A stretch of 64,000 nt of DNA from the IMG/VR virus record IMGVR_UViG_3300044796_000401; one strand, given 5' to 3'. Shown piece after piece: positions 1 to 8,169 of the stretch (position 1 is its first letter; each line of letters begins with the position of its first letter). The notes under the pieces were generated by a model. It was given only the letters and a program-made list of their open reading frames with translations. It searched no databases and was not told the DNA's origin. The translations under genes were made by a program, and so were the position numbers. This stretch comes from a virus (lineage: Duplodnaviria > Caudoviricetes).

Positions 1-2
1 GT

Positions 3-170
3 CCTGTCAACACTGAAGAAATGAAAATTGTATGCCCCGAAGATTGGAAGCGGTTTTGCGAAATCAAACAACAAATTTTCTCGCTCATGCGGGAAGCGGA
101 CGAGATTGCCCCCCGTTTAAGGGAGGCCGCTTTACTCCAACGCTCACAAATTGTGGAGTTAAAGGGATAA
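3..170 (+). CDS. 3' end of a hypothetical protein (partial, runs off window start)
   Basis: Open frame PVNTEEMKIVCPEDWKRFCEIKQQ...ELKG ending TAA at 168-170. Confidence 0.5.
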   Translation, partial: PVNTEEMKIVCPEDWKRFCEIKQQIFSLMREADEIAPRLREAALLQRSQIVELKG

Positions 171-186
171 TTCCCAAAAACAGTTC

Positions 187-216
187 TTGACAGTTTTCCG
201 GCTACCGCGGTATTAT
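187..216 (+). promoter_or_regulatory. sigma70-type promoter of tRNA array 1
   Basis: TTGACA (187-192), 18 nt, TATTAT (211-216); ATG follows 6 nt later. Confidence 0.8.
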
Positions 217-222
217 ACAGAC

Positions 223-303
223 ATGGTTCGCATACCCATATCGTCGTCATCCAGTAGCCCCTCAGGGGCGGGCGGCGGTGTGCGCGATACCTTCGAAGAT
301 TAA
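223..303 (+). CDS. Putative attenuator leader peptide 1 (26 aa, MVRIPISSSSSSPSGAGGGVRDTFED)
   Basis: Leaderless ATG; codons ATA x2 and TCG TCG TCA TCC AGT AGC ... TCA match the downstream Ile(TAT) and four Ser tRNAs. Confidence 0.75.
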   Translation: MVRIPISSSSSSPSGAGGGVRDTFED

Positions 304-326
304 GAGAGCACACAGAAGCAGTAAGC

Positions 327-360
327 GCCGCCAGACAGTTTTGGCGGCTTTTTTGTTTTT
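327..360 (+). terminator. Intrinsic terminator/attenuator upstream of tRNA array 1
   Basis: GCCGCCAGA (327-335) / TTTGGCGGC (340-348) then TTTTTTGTTTTT; the 5' arm can instead pair with GGCGGCG (271-277). Confidence 0.8.
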
Positions 361-363
361 AGC

Positions 364-455
364 GGAGACGTGGGTGAATTGGCAAAACCACCACACTGCT
401 AATGTGGGGCTTCCAGAGATGGGGCATCCGGGGTCGAGACCCGGCGTCTCCGCCA
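364..455 (+). tRNA. tRNA-Ser(GCT)
   Basis: GGAGACG/CGTCTCC acceptor, CCACA-CTGCTAA-TGTGG anticodon arm, long variable arm, encoded CCA. Confidence 0.92.
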
Positions 456-464
456 AGTTTAAGC

Positions 465-556
465 AGTCCCGTAGTTTAACGGTAAAACAGCGGTCTTATA
501 AGCCGCAAGCTCTCGATTGGAGCGCGTTGAAGGTTCGAATCCTTCCGGGACTACCA
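465..556 (+). tRNA. tRNA with TAT anticodon (nominally Ile, reads ATA) and an atypical long variable arm
   Basis: AGTCCCG/CGGGACT acceptor, GCGGT-CTTATAA-GCCGC arm, ~22-nt variable arm, GAAGG-TTCGAAT-CCTTC, A73, CCA. Confidence 0.85.
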
Positions 557-560
557 GTTT

Positions 561-642
561 GGGGACGTGGCTGAGTGGCTTAAGGCGCACACTTGGAAAG
601 CGTGAAAGCGTGCCGTGGGTTCGACTCCCACCGTCCCCGCCA
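561..642 (+). tRNA. tRNA-Ser(GGA)
   Basis: GGGGACG/CGTCCCC acceptor, loop TTGGAAA, G73, CCA; variable arm short for Ser. Confidence 0.88.
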
Positions 643-653
643 AAGTTGAATAC

Positions 654-748
654 GGCGAGTTGGCTCAGTGGCTACAGCACCCGCCTCGAAAGCGGGCAAA
701 TGTCGGTGATCCCGGCATACGGGGGTTCGAGTCCCTCACTCGCCGCCA
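654..748 (+). tRNA. tRNA-Ser(CGA)
   Basis: GGCGAGT/ACTCGCC acceptor, CCCGC-CTCGAAA-GCGGG, long variable arm, CCA. Confidence 0.92.
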
Positions 749-799
749 AAATTGTGAATGTAAGGATTGAACTATCAACTCCTATGTATGGAGGCATTT

Positions 800-1498
800 A
801 TGGTAGTTCATACGGTGTATAAAACCACAAACTTGGTCAACACTTGTTTTTACATAGGCATGCATAAAACGGCAAATCCGAACGACTCGTATTTGGGGTC
901 GGGCACGGTGATAAAACGGGCGATCAAGAAACATGGTGCAGATAGGTTCAAAAAAGAAGTTCTGTTCGTCTTTCTAACCGCAAAAGAGGCCGCGGACAAA
1001 GAAGCTGAACTGTTGTTAGCTGAGAAAGTCAGCCCGCTTTGCTACAACTTGCACGAGGGCGGTAGCGGGGGTTTTGAATACATTAACAAGCACTATGCTC
1101 ATATGAAGCGTAAGTTGTTTAAGAAGGCTGAAATCGTTAGGCTAGAAAAGTTAAGGACCGATCCCGAGTTTCGCAAACGCGTTGGTGAACGAATCAGTAA
1201 GGCCCAACGCAAGAAATACAAAAGTGACCCAGAATTTCTGGAAGCCGCCAGAAGAAGAGTTTTGCTGCTTCAGCCGTCAGCCGTGGAGGTTTGGCGTGGA
1301 CAGAAGCACACTAAAGAGACCAGAAAAATTCTCAGCGACAACCACCGGGGGGAGCGGAATTCAATGTTTGGAATGCATTGGATGTATAATGATGACACCC
1401 AACAGTCGAAGCGGTTTCCTAAAAATGAAACAACAGCACAGCAACAGGTAGGATGGCAGTTGGGAAGAAAATTCTACGGAAGAGTGGCCGAACGGTAA
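800..1498 (+). CDS. GIY-YIG homing endonuclease (Seg-like, NUMOD3 motif)
   Basis: VYKTTNLVN..FYIGMHKT..NDSYLGSG, HEGGSGG, WRGQKHTKET; GGAGG RBS before ATG 800; lower GC than flanks. Confidence 0.88.
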   Translation: MVVHTVYKTTNLVNTCFYIGMHKTANPNDSYLGSGTVIKRAIKKHGADRFKKEVLFVFLTAKEAADKEAELLLAEKVSPLCYNLHEGGSGGFEYINKHYAHMKRKLFKKAEIVRLEKLRTDPEFRKRVGERISKAQRKKYKSDPEFLEAARRRVLLLQPSAVEVWRGQKHTKETRKILSDNHRGERNSMFGMHWMYNDDTQQSKRFPKNETTAQQQVGWQLGRKFYGRVAER

Positions 1499-1568
1499 GG
1501 CATCCGCCTTGAAAGCGGACGATGCCTTGAAAGGGTTATGGGGGTTCGAATCTCCCCCTCTTCCTCCA
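1478..1568 (+). tRNA. tRNA-Ser(TGA)
   Basis: GGAAGAG/CTCTTCC acceptor, TCCGC-CTTGAAA-GCGGA, long variable arm, CCA. Confidence 0.88.
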
Positions 1569-1585
1569 TTTCCAGTATTAGTCCT

Positions 1586-1712
1586 TGCGTGGTGCCGCGA
1601 GCGGCAACGCCGCGGGGTGAAATAAAACTGTCAGGGACAAAGACCCCTAAGGGTGAATGGCGTTAACTGGCAGTAAAAGTAGCCGAGTGCCAACATTAAC
1701 CTTCACCACGCA
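1586..1712 (+). ncRNA. Unidentified structured RNA candidate
   Basis: TGCGTGGTG/CACCACGCA closing stem, GCG-GCAA-CGC hairpin, nested GTTAA/TTAAC and TGGCA/TGCCA stems. Confidence 0.4.
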
Positions 1713-1718
1713 CATCCT

Positions 1719-2015
1719 ATGGAAGAACACTATTGCGATGTCCAGATTTTCAAGGGTCCGTGCGACTGCAAGATAAGCTGCGAGAAGTGCCGGATCGGCT
1801 GCTTCAAGCCCGCCAAGTTCCGGAACCCCTCGTACGATCCGGACGGGTTGGTGAAGGGCACGATCTACAATTACGCCGAATGGTTATGCGCTTCTCACTG
1901 GGATGAAGCGGTGGCATACAAGGAAGAGTATGACGACAGGGTGGAACAGGGGATGTCCGACGATTTTGACTGTAGGACAGGAACGAGATTTTTTGGCGGA
2001 GGACTAGCATGGTAA
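1719..2015 (+). CDS. Hypothetical Cys-rich protein
   Basis: 98-aa ORF with CxxC pairs, overlapping the next start. Confidence 0.6.
   Translation: MEEHYCDVQIFKGPCDCKISCEKCRIGCFKPAKFRNPSYDPDGLVKGTIYNYAEWLCASHWDEAVAYKEEYDDRVEQGMSDDFDCRTGTRFFGGGLAW
1972..2007 (+). repeat. 36-bp dispersed direct repeat, copy 1
   Basis: GTAGGACAGGAACGAGATTTTTTGGCGGAGGACTAG; 1 mismatch to 18691-18726. Confidence 0.85.
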
Positions 2016-2317
2016 AGTACACGATCACGGCGAGCAAGGACTCGAAGACGGTCGCCGTCCGCTATCATCTGGAGGTCCCGGCCGGGGGGCCCGAGCTTAT
2101 CGCCCGCTTCTCCTTCTACGTGGACGGCAGCGACGCCATCAAGGAAAGCGCCTCGGGGAACACCGTGTTCAGCGGCACCGCGTTCGCCAAGCTCGCCGAT
2201 GGGGCCAAGGACGTGGCTGTGAGCTTCGCCATCTCGTCCAGCACCGGGTGGACGGCGGACGGCTCGGACACGCTGCGCGGCGGGCACCCGTATGACGACT
2301 CGGAGTTCTCGAACTGA
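2009..2317 (+). CDS. Hypothetical protein
   Basis: GGAGG RBS, phage-like codon usage. Confidence 0.7.
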   Translation: MVKYTITASKDSKTVAVRYHLEVPAGGPELIARFSFYVDGSDAIKESASGNTVFSGTAFAKLADGAKDVAVSFAISSSTGWTADGSDTLRGGHPYDDSEFSN

Positions 2318-2475
2318 TGCACACGTGCAACAAGATGTTGCCGGACTCGGCGGGAGGATATTCGCAATGCCAAAAGCCTGCCGTTCGGTCTGCACTGCTT
2401 GGCTGGTGCGGCGATGTTTTCCAGCACCGCATAAAACCCAGCAGCATACGGTTGGTCTCGCCACATCAACTGAGG

Positions 2476-2504
2476 TAGCCAAAATCCCCGGTTCCCTGTA
2501 TACT
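2476..2504 (+). promoter_or_regulatory. TAGCCA-N17-TATACT promoter (member of a dispersed family)
   Basis: Motif recurs about 12 times in the window; ATG 6 nt after the -10. Confidence 0.75.
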
Positions 2505-2510
2505 ACGGGT

Positions 2511-2822
2511 ATGGAAACCGTATCAGTTTACGTGCTCATCGAGTCGACCGTGCTCCCGAAGGGCAGGATCAACCGCAACGTGGGCGTCACCACGGACCTC
2601 GACGAGGCCAAGGACCACAAGGCCCGGAACCCCGTGCCGGGCACCGGCACCTCCTACATCGAATTTGACTACCAGGAATTCACCACCGCCACCGACCTCT
2701 TCGTGGCTGGCGCTGAATCCGCGCTTTTTATGAAAGAAATGGAGCAGTTCAAGGAAACCGTCCAAGGCGTCCGCGACAGGCTCGTGGACACCATGATGGG
2801 AAGGCAACCGCATGCTCGATAA
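2511..2822 (+). CDS. Hypothetical protein (probably leaderless)
   Basis: ATG 2511 in frame with track ORF 2292-2822, directly after promoter. Confidence 0.7.
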   Translation: METVSVYVLIESTVLPKGRINRNVGVTTDLDEAKDHKARNPVPGTGTSYIEFDYQEFTTATDLFVAGAESALFMKEMEQFKETVQGVRDRLVDTMMGRQPHAR

Positions 2823-3065
2823 CCAGCAATGGGATACGTTGCAGGACCGGATCGCCAGCGCCATATGCGCCAGCACGGGCGGAACAACCCAAGGCGGCGG
2901 CCGAACAGTATGACAAGATGTTCAAGTATCGCCGCGGCTGCAGCATGATCTTGCTGGACAAGTGGAGCGAGGCCTCGTGGATGCGCAAGCGCCCGACGTG
3001 GCACACCGCGGGCTATTCGCCATCGCTCGAAGAGGCGTTGGCCGTCTTCGAAAAGGACTGGAAAA

Positions 3066-3242
3066 ATGGCGGTTGACCAAAAGGCGACATTCAAGAGCGA
3101 GCGTTCGGCGTTCCTCGTGAAGCCGCCCGCCTGCTACTGGTGCCTCGACGCCAAGCGGGTCGCCGTCACGCCCTTCACCACGGAGCAGCATGACAACGGC
3201 ACCGTCCCGGTGAAGGAATGCCCATACTGCAAGGGGAAATAA
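3066..3242 (+). CDS. Small Zn-ribbon protein (58 aa)
   Basis: CYWC...CPYC; stop overlaps next ATG. Confidence 0.55.
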   Translation: MAVDQKATFKSERSAFLVKPPACYWCLDAKRVAVTPFTTEQHDNGTVPVKECPYCKGK

Positions 3243-3559
3243 TGGAGTCCCTCGGACCCAAGCCGACCGCGAAACAGATGGAGACGCTCAAGAAGCTGTG
3301 CGAAGAGGGCGTGGAAATCCATTGGTGGTCCGGTCTTCGCAGCCCCGACCATGCTTCGATTGTGTGGAAGGATGCCGCCGGGGCCAGCTTCGGATCGGAA
3401 CGATTTCGTACCGACACGCTTTACAAGTTCCGCACGTGGGGCTGGATCGAGGCGATCGGCGACCCGGCTTGGGCGTGGCGGAACAACGAGTACCGCATCA
3501 CCGAAAATGGACGCAAGGTAGCGGAGATGGGAGCGATACGAAAGTCAAGGACCCCATAG
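3242..3559 (+). CDS. Hypothetical protein (possible winged helix)
   Basis: Start coupled to upstream stop; ends YRITENGRKVAE. Confidence 0.65.
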   Translation: MESLGPKPTAKQMETLKKLCEEGVEIHWWSGLRSPDHASIVWKDAAGASFGSERFRTDTLYKFRTWGWIEAIGDPAWAWRNNEYRITENGRKVAEMGAIRKSRTP

Positions 3560-3592
3560 CTAAAGCTGGGGGTATCCGCAGCGGCATAAGAG

Positions 3593-3799
3593 ATGAGCAA
3601 AGCCGTCACGATCAAGTACCGCGGCGGGAGGCAGGAGATCAAGAGCCTCAAGGCCGACTACTGCTCCGGCGTGGTTCCAACGGGAAGCTCCACGTCCTAC
3701 CGGTGTTTCCGTCTCAACAATAAAGACGTGGGACGCGTGGCCGAGGGGAAATGCGACCCCGAGAAATGCGTGTTCTGCAAGCCAAGGAAAGAGGAATAA
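3593..3799 (+). CDS. Hypothetical Cys-containing protein
   Basis: 68-aa ORF abutting next gene. Confidence 0.55.
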   Translation: MSKAVTIKYRGGRQEIKSLKADYCSGVVPTGSSTSYRCFRLNNKDVGRVAEGKCDPEKCVFCKPRKEE

Positions 3800-4261
3800 G
3801 TGGTTCCCTTAATCGCAGGCTTCCATCCCGGCTACGAGCGCAACGGCATCTACACGATAGAGGCCGTGCTGTCGCGGCTTGGCAACTCGTGGGCCGTGTT
3901 CGGCAACGACATAATCCCGGTCGTCTCCTTGCGGTACCAGGTTTTCGCCCGGTCGCTGGTTTGCGTAAGCTGCGGGCTCGAAGGAAAATATTTCGCCAAG
4001 GAGCGCAGCGCGAAGAAGCTCAGGGACGGCTCGGGCTTCAAGGCCACCGCCAAGGCTTGGCATTTCAATCTCTATGCGATGCGGGCGGATGGCCGGGAAG
4101 TCCTCATGACGAAAGACCATGTTCTCCCGAGATCAAAGGGCGGGCCGGACGTTCTTGAGAACCTACAGACCATGTGCGCCCCGTGCAATTGCCGGAAACG
4201 GGACAACCATCGCTATCAGGCGAGGCTTCCGTTCGAGGCCCGCGGGGAAAATTCCCGGTAG
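3800..4261 (+). CDS. HNH endonuclease
   Basis: CVSCG ... TKDHVLPRSKGGPDVLENLQTMCAPCNCRK. Confidence 0.85.
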   Translation: MVPLIAGFHPGYERNGIYTIEAVLSRLGNSWAVFGNDIIPVVSLRYQVFARSLVCVSCGLEGKYFAKERSAKKLRDGSGFKATAKAWHFNLYAMRADGREVLMTKDHVLPRSKGGPDVLENLQTMCAPCNCRKRDNHRYQARLPFEARGENSR

Positions 4262-4286
4262 AATTGGCAATTCCGTATTAGGCCTC

Positions 4287-4511
4287 ATGATCATTCGGTT
4301 CGCCAATTTCGTGCTCATCCTGTGCTACATTCTTCTTGGGCACAATCGCTTTAGGGCTGGATGGGCCGCAAGCGTCACGGGAAATTTGATTTATGTGGCC
4401 ATGATGCTGCGCATGCACCGCTTTGACCTTGCATTTTTGCCAGCAACCTTCACAATACTAGCAGGGTGGAATCTATGGGTCCTCGTCAAGCGCCAGAAAT
4501 CTACGAACTGA
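4287..4511 (+). CDS. Small membrane protein
   Basis: Three hydrophobic segments. Confidence 0.55.
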   Translation: MIIRFANFVLILCYILLGHNRFRAGWAASVTGNLIYVAMMLRMHRFDLAFLPATFTILAGWNLWVLVKRQKSTN

Positions 4512-6601
4512 TCGTCGGGAAAACGGATTACCCGTACCTCGACGGGACCGTCCATCTCTTCGTCGGCGGCTCCGCGGCGCACGGCGCGAAGCTCGAAGGC
4601 AAAAGCGACTTCGACCTGCTCGGCGTGTACGTCCCACCGATAGAGGAGGTCGTCGGCGTCCGCGGCGTGGACGAGCATTGGGTCTGGAGCACGGCGGGGG
4701 ACAAGGTGCGCAACGGCGCGAACGACATCGACATGAACATGTACTCCCTTCGCAAATGGGCAAGGATGGCAACATCCGGCAACCCGAGCGCCATCGAGTT
4801 CATGTTCGTGGACAACCTCGCTCCCAAGAGCGACATCTGGGAGCGCTTCGTCACGCCGAACATCCCCGTGTTCCTGAGTTCCCACGCCGGGCTGCACTTC
4901 CAGAAATTCTGCGAGCACATGCTCCGCACGCTCAAGGGCGAGGGGCAGGGCAAGCGTGGAAAGCGGCTGGACTTGATCGCCGAGTTCGGCTACGATTGCT
5001 ACGACGACAGTCAAACCGAGTTTCTTACCGACCGTGGTTGGAAGAAATTCGATGGTGTGTTAAATTCAGACAAGGTAGCTGCTTTCGACCCGCTCACAGG
5101 CGAGATCAAGTTTGAAACTCCGCTATCTAAAATAGACAAACATTACTCTGGGTTGTTGTATGAAGTAGAGCCCCAGCTTACACGATGCGTAGTAACTCCC
5201 AACCACAACATGGCAGTTTCTCCAGCTTCCCGCAACCCAAAAACAAACTTCAGCACTAAATTTGATCCCGGCAAGGCAGACTGGGGTCTTGTTCCTATTT
5301 CAAGTTTAATGTCCGGGGTCAAAAAGCGTGTAGCGCGTTCTATGTACCACATTCGCCGCGCAGGATCGAGACGGGATCAAAGATTTGATGTTCAATCCGA
5401 ATACCTGCTCTTGGCTGGGATGTACTTGTCCGAAGGTTCAATCGCCTTTTACAAAAGTAAAACGGGGAAAAAAGTGAAAGCCGCCCGTCTCACCCGGACT
5501 AAAGAAGGCAAAGACGAATACTATAAGTATGCCGATAGGCTGATTCGTTTATTCCAAGGGCACCGCCATGACTATCCCCGTAAGCATGTTGAGTGTGAAA
5601 CCACTTGGGTTTTTCCTCGTAAAATTGCTAGACAGATATACGCAGATTTTGGACATCATAAGGAAAAGCACCTTCCCGATTGGTGTTTTCGGTTATCATA
5701 CGATCAGGCATGGGAGATGTGGAACGGCTTGTGCTTGGGGGATGGAACTCGCATTAAAACAAAGCGGAGCGTAGGGCAGGGCGTTGTATTTTACACATCT
5801 GTCAAGAATCTGGCGGATGACATACATGCAATGATGGTTTCATCCGGGCACATATGCGTGGTAAACGGACCATATGGCCCCTATGGATACGAACCGAAAA
5901 GCGCGTTCGGTGATTGTGCGATGTACCAAGTATATCGTCCAGACGATCAAAATCCGTATCGATGTGTGAATTTTAGAAGCGGTATCTTGAAAACCGGAGA
6001 GGAACCGGACCTCGAAAAGGGATACTCTATCAAAGAATCCCTCGTAGAAAACCGTCGAATCGTTTGCTTTGAAATGCCATCTGGCACGCTTATAACTCGC
6101 AGTAATGGACGACCCGCATTCCAAGGCAATAGCAAGGCAGCTATGCACCTGATCCGCGTGCTCAACGAGGGCATCGAGCTCATGGAGACGGGCAGGATCA
6201 CGCTGCCCCGCCCCGAGAAGGAGCACCTGATCGACATACGGAAGGGCAAAGCCGGAACCCTGAAGGACATCGAGGACATCGCGCAAGCGCTTTTCACCCG
6301 GCTCGAATCCGCACGGCTGGCCTCCGCCCTGCCACCGGCGGTCGATCTCGGCAAGGTCAGCGGCATCATTACCTCCGCGCAGGAGACGGTCTGGAACCAA
6401 AGCAACGAGGTCTTGCAGATCATAAGCAAGGCGTTCTCCGTATCAGCGTGGTGGATCGCCTCGCACAACAAAGCCAACCCGACGCCCTTGACAGGGAAAT
6501 GGGATGAGTGGCAAGATCAGAAGTGGGTCGAGAGGGAGATGGTCAAGGTGGCGATGGACCTCCACGAGAAGGAGAAGGCCGATGCCAAAAAAGGCGTCTA
6601 A
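4466..6601 (+). CDS. Pol-beta superfamily nucleotidyltransferase (Nuc-transf type) interrupted by an intein
   Basis: GGSAAHG..KSDFDLLGVY motif; exteins rejoin as FGYD/SKAAMHLIR, like the conserved YGYDxKxAMH motif. Confidence 0.85.
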   Translation: MESMGPRQAPEIYELIVGKTDYPYLDGTVHLFVGGSAAHGAKLEGKSDFDLLGVYVPPIEEVVGVRGVDEHWVWSTAGDKVRNGANDIDMNMYSLRKWARMATSGNPSAIEFMFVDNLAPKSDIWERFVTPNIPVFLSSHAGLHFQKFCEHMLRTLKGEGQGKRGKRLDLIAEFGYDCYDDSQTEFLTDRGWKKFDGVLNSDKVAAFDPLTGEIKFETPLSKIDKHYSGLLYEVEPQLTRCVVTPNHNMAVSPASRNPKTNFSTKFDPGKADWGLVPISSLMSGVKKRVARSMYHIRRAGSRRDQRFDVQSEYLLLAGMYLSEGSIAFYKSKTGKKVKAARLTRTKEGKDEYYKYADRLIRLFQGHRHDYPRKHVECETTWVFPRKIARQIYADFGHHKEKHLPDWCFRLSYDQAWEMWNGLCLGDGTRIKTKRSVGQGVVFYTSVKNLADDIHAMMVSSGHICVVNGPYGPYGYEPKSAFGDCAMYQVYRPDDQNPYRCVNFRSGILKTGEEPDLEKGYSIKESLVENRRIVCFEMPSGTLITRSNGRPAFQGNSKAAMHLIRVLNEGIELMETGRITLPRPEKEHLIDIRKGKAGTLKDIEDIAQALFTRLESARLASALPPAVDLGKVSGIITSAQETVWNQSNEVLQIISKAFSVSAWWIASHNKANPTPLTGKWDEWQDQKWVEREMVKVAMDLHEKEKADAKKGV
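4997..6130 (+). mobile_element. Intein with LAGLIDADG endonuclease (378 aa)
   Basis: N-terminal CYDDSQTEFLTDRGWKKF, blocks LAGMYLSEGS and WNGLCLGDGT, C-terminal VCFEMPSGTLITRSNGRPAFQGN then Ser+1; AT-richer than exteins. Confidence 0.9.
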
Positions 6602-6860
6602 ACCCAGCAGCAGCAGCGTCGAGAAGAGCATCATGGACTGGGCCAACGACCCCCTGTCCTCGGCGAATGTCGAGGACCCGGTGGATTCGCTGGAGGAGGA
6701 AATCCGCAAGCTTCCTTGCTACAGCACCAAAGTTCTCGCGTCAAGCGGTATTCATGCGACGGCTTGCGTGCAAGTGGAAGACGTGATGCTCGCCATCCGG
6801 CGCTACAGGGCAAGGATTTGGGAACTCAAGGAAAAGGGAACCCGAGGAGAAAAACGATGA
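6582..6860 (+). CDS. Hypothetical protein
   Basis: GGAG RBS, overlaps upstream stop. Confidence 0.6.
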   Translation: MPKKASKPSSSSVEKSIMDWANDPLSSANVEDPVDSLEEEIRKLPCYSTKVLASSGIHATACVQVEDVMLAIRRYRARIWELKEKGTRGEKR

Positions 6861-7141
6861 ATTTCAAGACATGGATACCGTATTGCGCAGTACCGCACAA
6901 ATGACAGGTGCGGCCACGTGTTCTTCACGCTTCATGCGGTGCCCGAACTGGGAGAAAAAGGAGTCATACTTGTTTAAGCATCTTCTTTTGCTGTTGTCAC
7001 GATTGTTCCCTCCGAAGATGGGGAAGTTCGGCGTCTACGTCGAATCGCCGGAACCGGATGAACGGGGATGGGCCGGAAATGTGCGCGAGAAGCGGTACCG
7101 TGACGGCATCGACCGCGTGATGCAGGAGGGGATGTAGAGCC

Positions 7142-7492
7142 ATGAAAAAGCATTTGTTGCCGTTGGCGGGCGTGCTGCTCGGCACAATGTTGTTCTTAAT
7201 GGCTTGTGGTAACCCGCCTGTTTCGTCTTTGTCTCTCGCGGTTACAACAGCGTCTTTGCCAGCAACGGTTGTGGGCCAGTCCTACTCGCAACAGTTGCTT
7301 GCTTCCGGTGGTGTCGGACCGTATCGTTGGTCTGTCATTTCCGGCAGCTTACCCGTGGGTCTCAGTCTCAGCACCACGGGATTGCTTTCGGGTAAGCCTA
7401 CCACGGTAGGACAATTCTCGTTTACGGTTCAGGTAACTGATTCCGCAACTACAGCGGGGGCTGTAGCCCAAATTCAAATGAGGGGGGTTTAA
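7142..7492 (+). CDS. Predicted lipoprotein with one putative Ig (He_PIG) domain
   Basis: Signal with LMAC lipobox; TTASLP.A.VGQSYSQQL.ASGG..PY.WS...GSLP.GLSLS..G..SG.PT. Confidence 0.8.
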   Translation: MKKHLLPLAGVLLGTMLFLMACGNPPVSSLSLAVTTASLPATVVGQSYSQQLLASGGVGPYRWSVISGSLPVGLSLSTTGLLSGKPTTVGQFSFTVQVTDSATTAGAVAQIQMRGV

Positions 7493-8169
7493 TGAAGAGG
7501 TTTTTCATCGCAGCTTTTCTATCTCTCGGTTTGTCGATGGCCGCATTCTCACAGGATAAGGCCACGGCAAATTTGAGCATCGTCGTCAACGCGGCTGTTG
7601 TTACAATCGCGCCCAGCACGCTTCCGCCGGGCATGGTTGGGACAGTCTACGGCGGCGTGGGCACCACGATTTCGGCGTCAGGGGGTTTGGCACCATACAC
7701 CTTTGCTATCTCGGCTGGCACGCTGCCCGCTGGAGTGGTGTTGGGTTCCTCTACGGGCGCTCTTACAGGGGCACCAACCGCATCCGGTCTGTTTACATTC
7801 ACGGTGAAGGCCACGGATTCCGAGGCTACACCCGCCACGGCAGCACAGGTTTATTCCATCAACGTGCTTGCTACTCTGGCAATTACAACGATCAGTCTGC
7901 CTTCTGCTAATCTCGGTGTGGCTTACTCTTCAAGCGTGGCCGCGTCGGGCGGTCAGTCTCCGTACACCTTCGCAGTAACGCTGGGGTCTTTGCCCACAGG
8001 CTTGACTTTGAATGGTTCGACTGGCGCTATCACAGGAACGCCAACAGCAGCCGGGACATTCACCTTCACGATTACCGTAACCGACTCTGCAACGAATGTG
8101 GCTATGACCCATGTTGAAGCCGTAATCGTAGCTGAAAACAAAGTTAAGACGAAGAAAGGTACTGTCTAA
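7492..8169 (+). CDS. Secreted protein with two putative Ig (He_PIG) domains
   Basis: Signal peptide; two copies of ASGG..PYTF....G.LP.G..L..STGA.TG.PT..G.FTFT. Confidence 0.82.
   Translation: MKRFFIAAFLSLGLSMAAFSQDKATANLSIVVNAAVVTIAPSTLPPGMVGTVYGGVGTTISASGGLAPYTFAISAGTLPAGVVLGSSTGALTGAPTASGLFTFTVKATDSEATPATAAQVYSINVLATLAITTISLPSANLGVAYSSSVAASGGQSPYTFAVTLGSLPTGLTLNGSTGAITGTPTAAGTFTFTITVTDSATNVAMTHVEAVIVAENKVKTKKGTV

Noticed and set aside
278-822. Track ORFs across tRNA array 1 (also 12064-12815)
   Set aside because: They overlap clear tRNA genes and have no coding signal
2812-3076. Possible frameshifted gene
   Set aside because: Two plausible frames but no homology evidence; cannot distinguish small ORFs from a pseudogene
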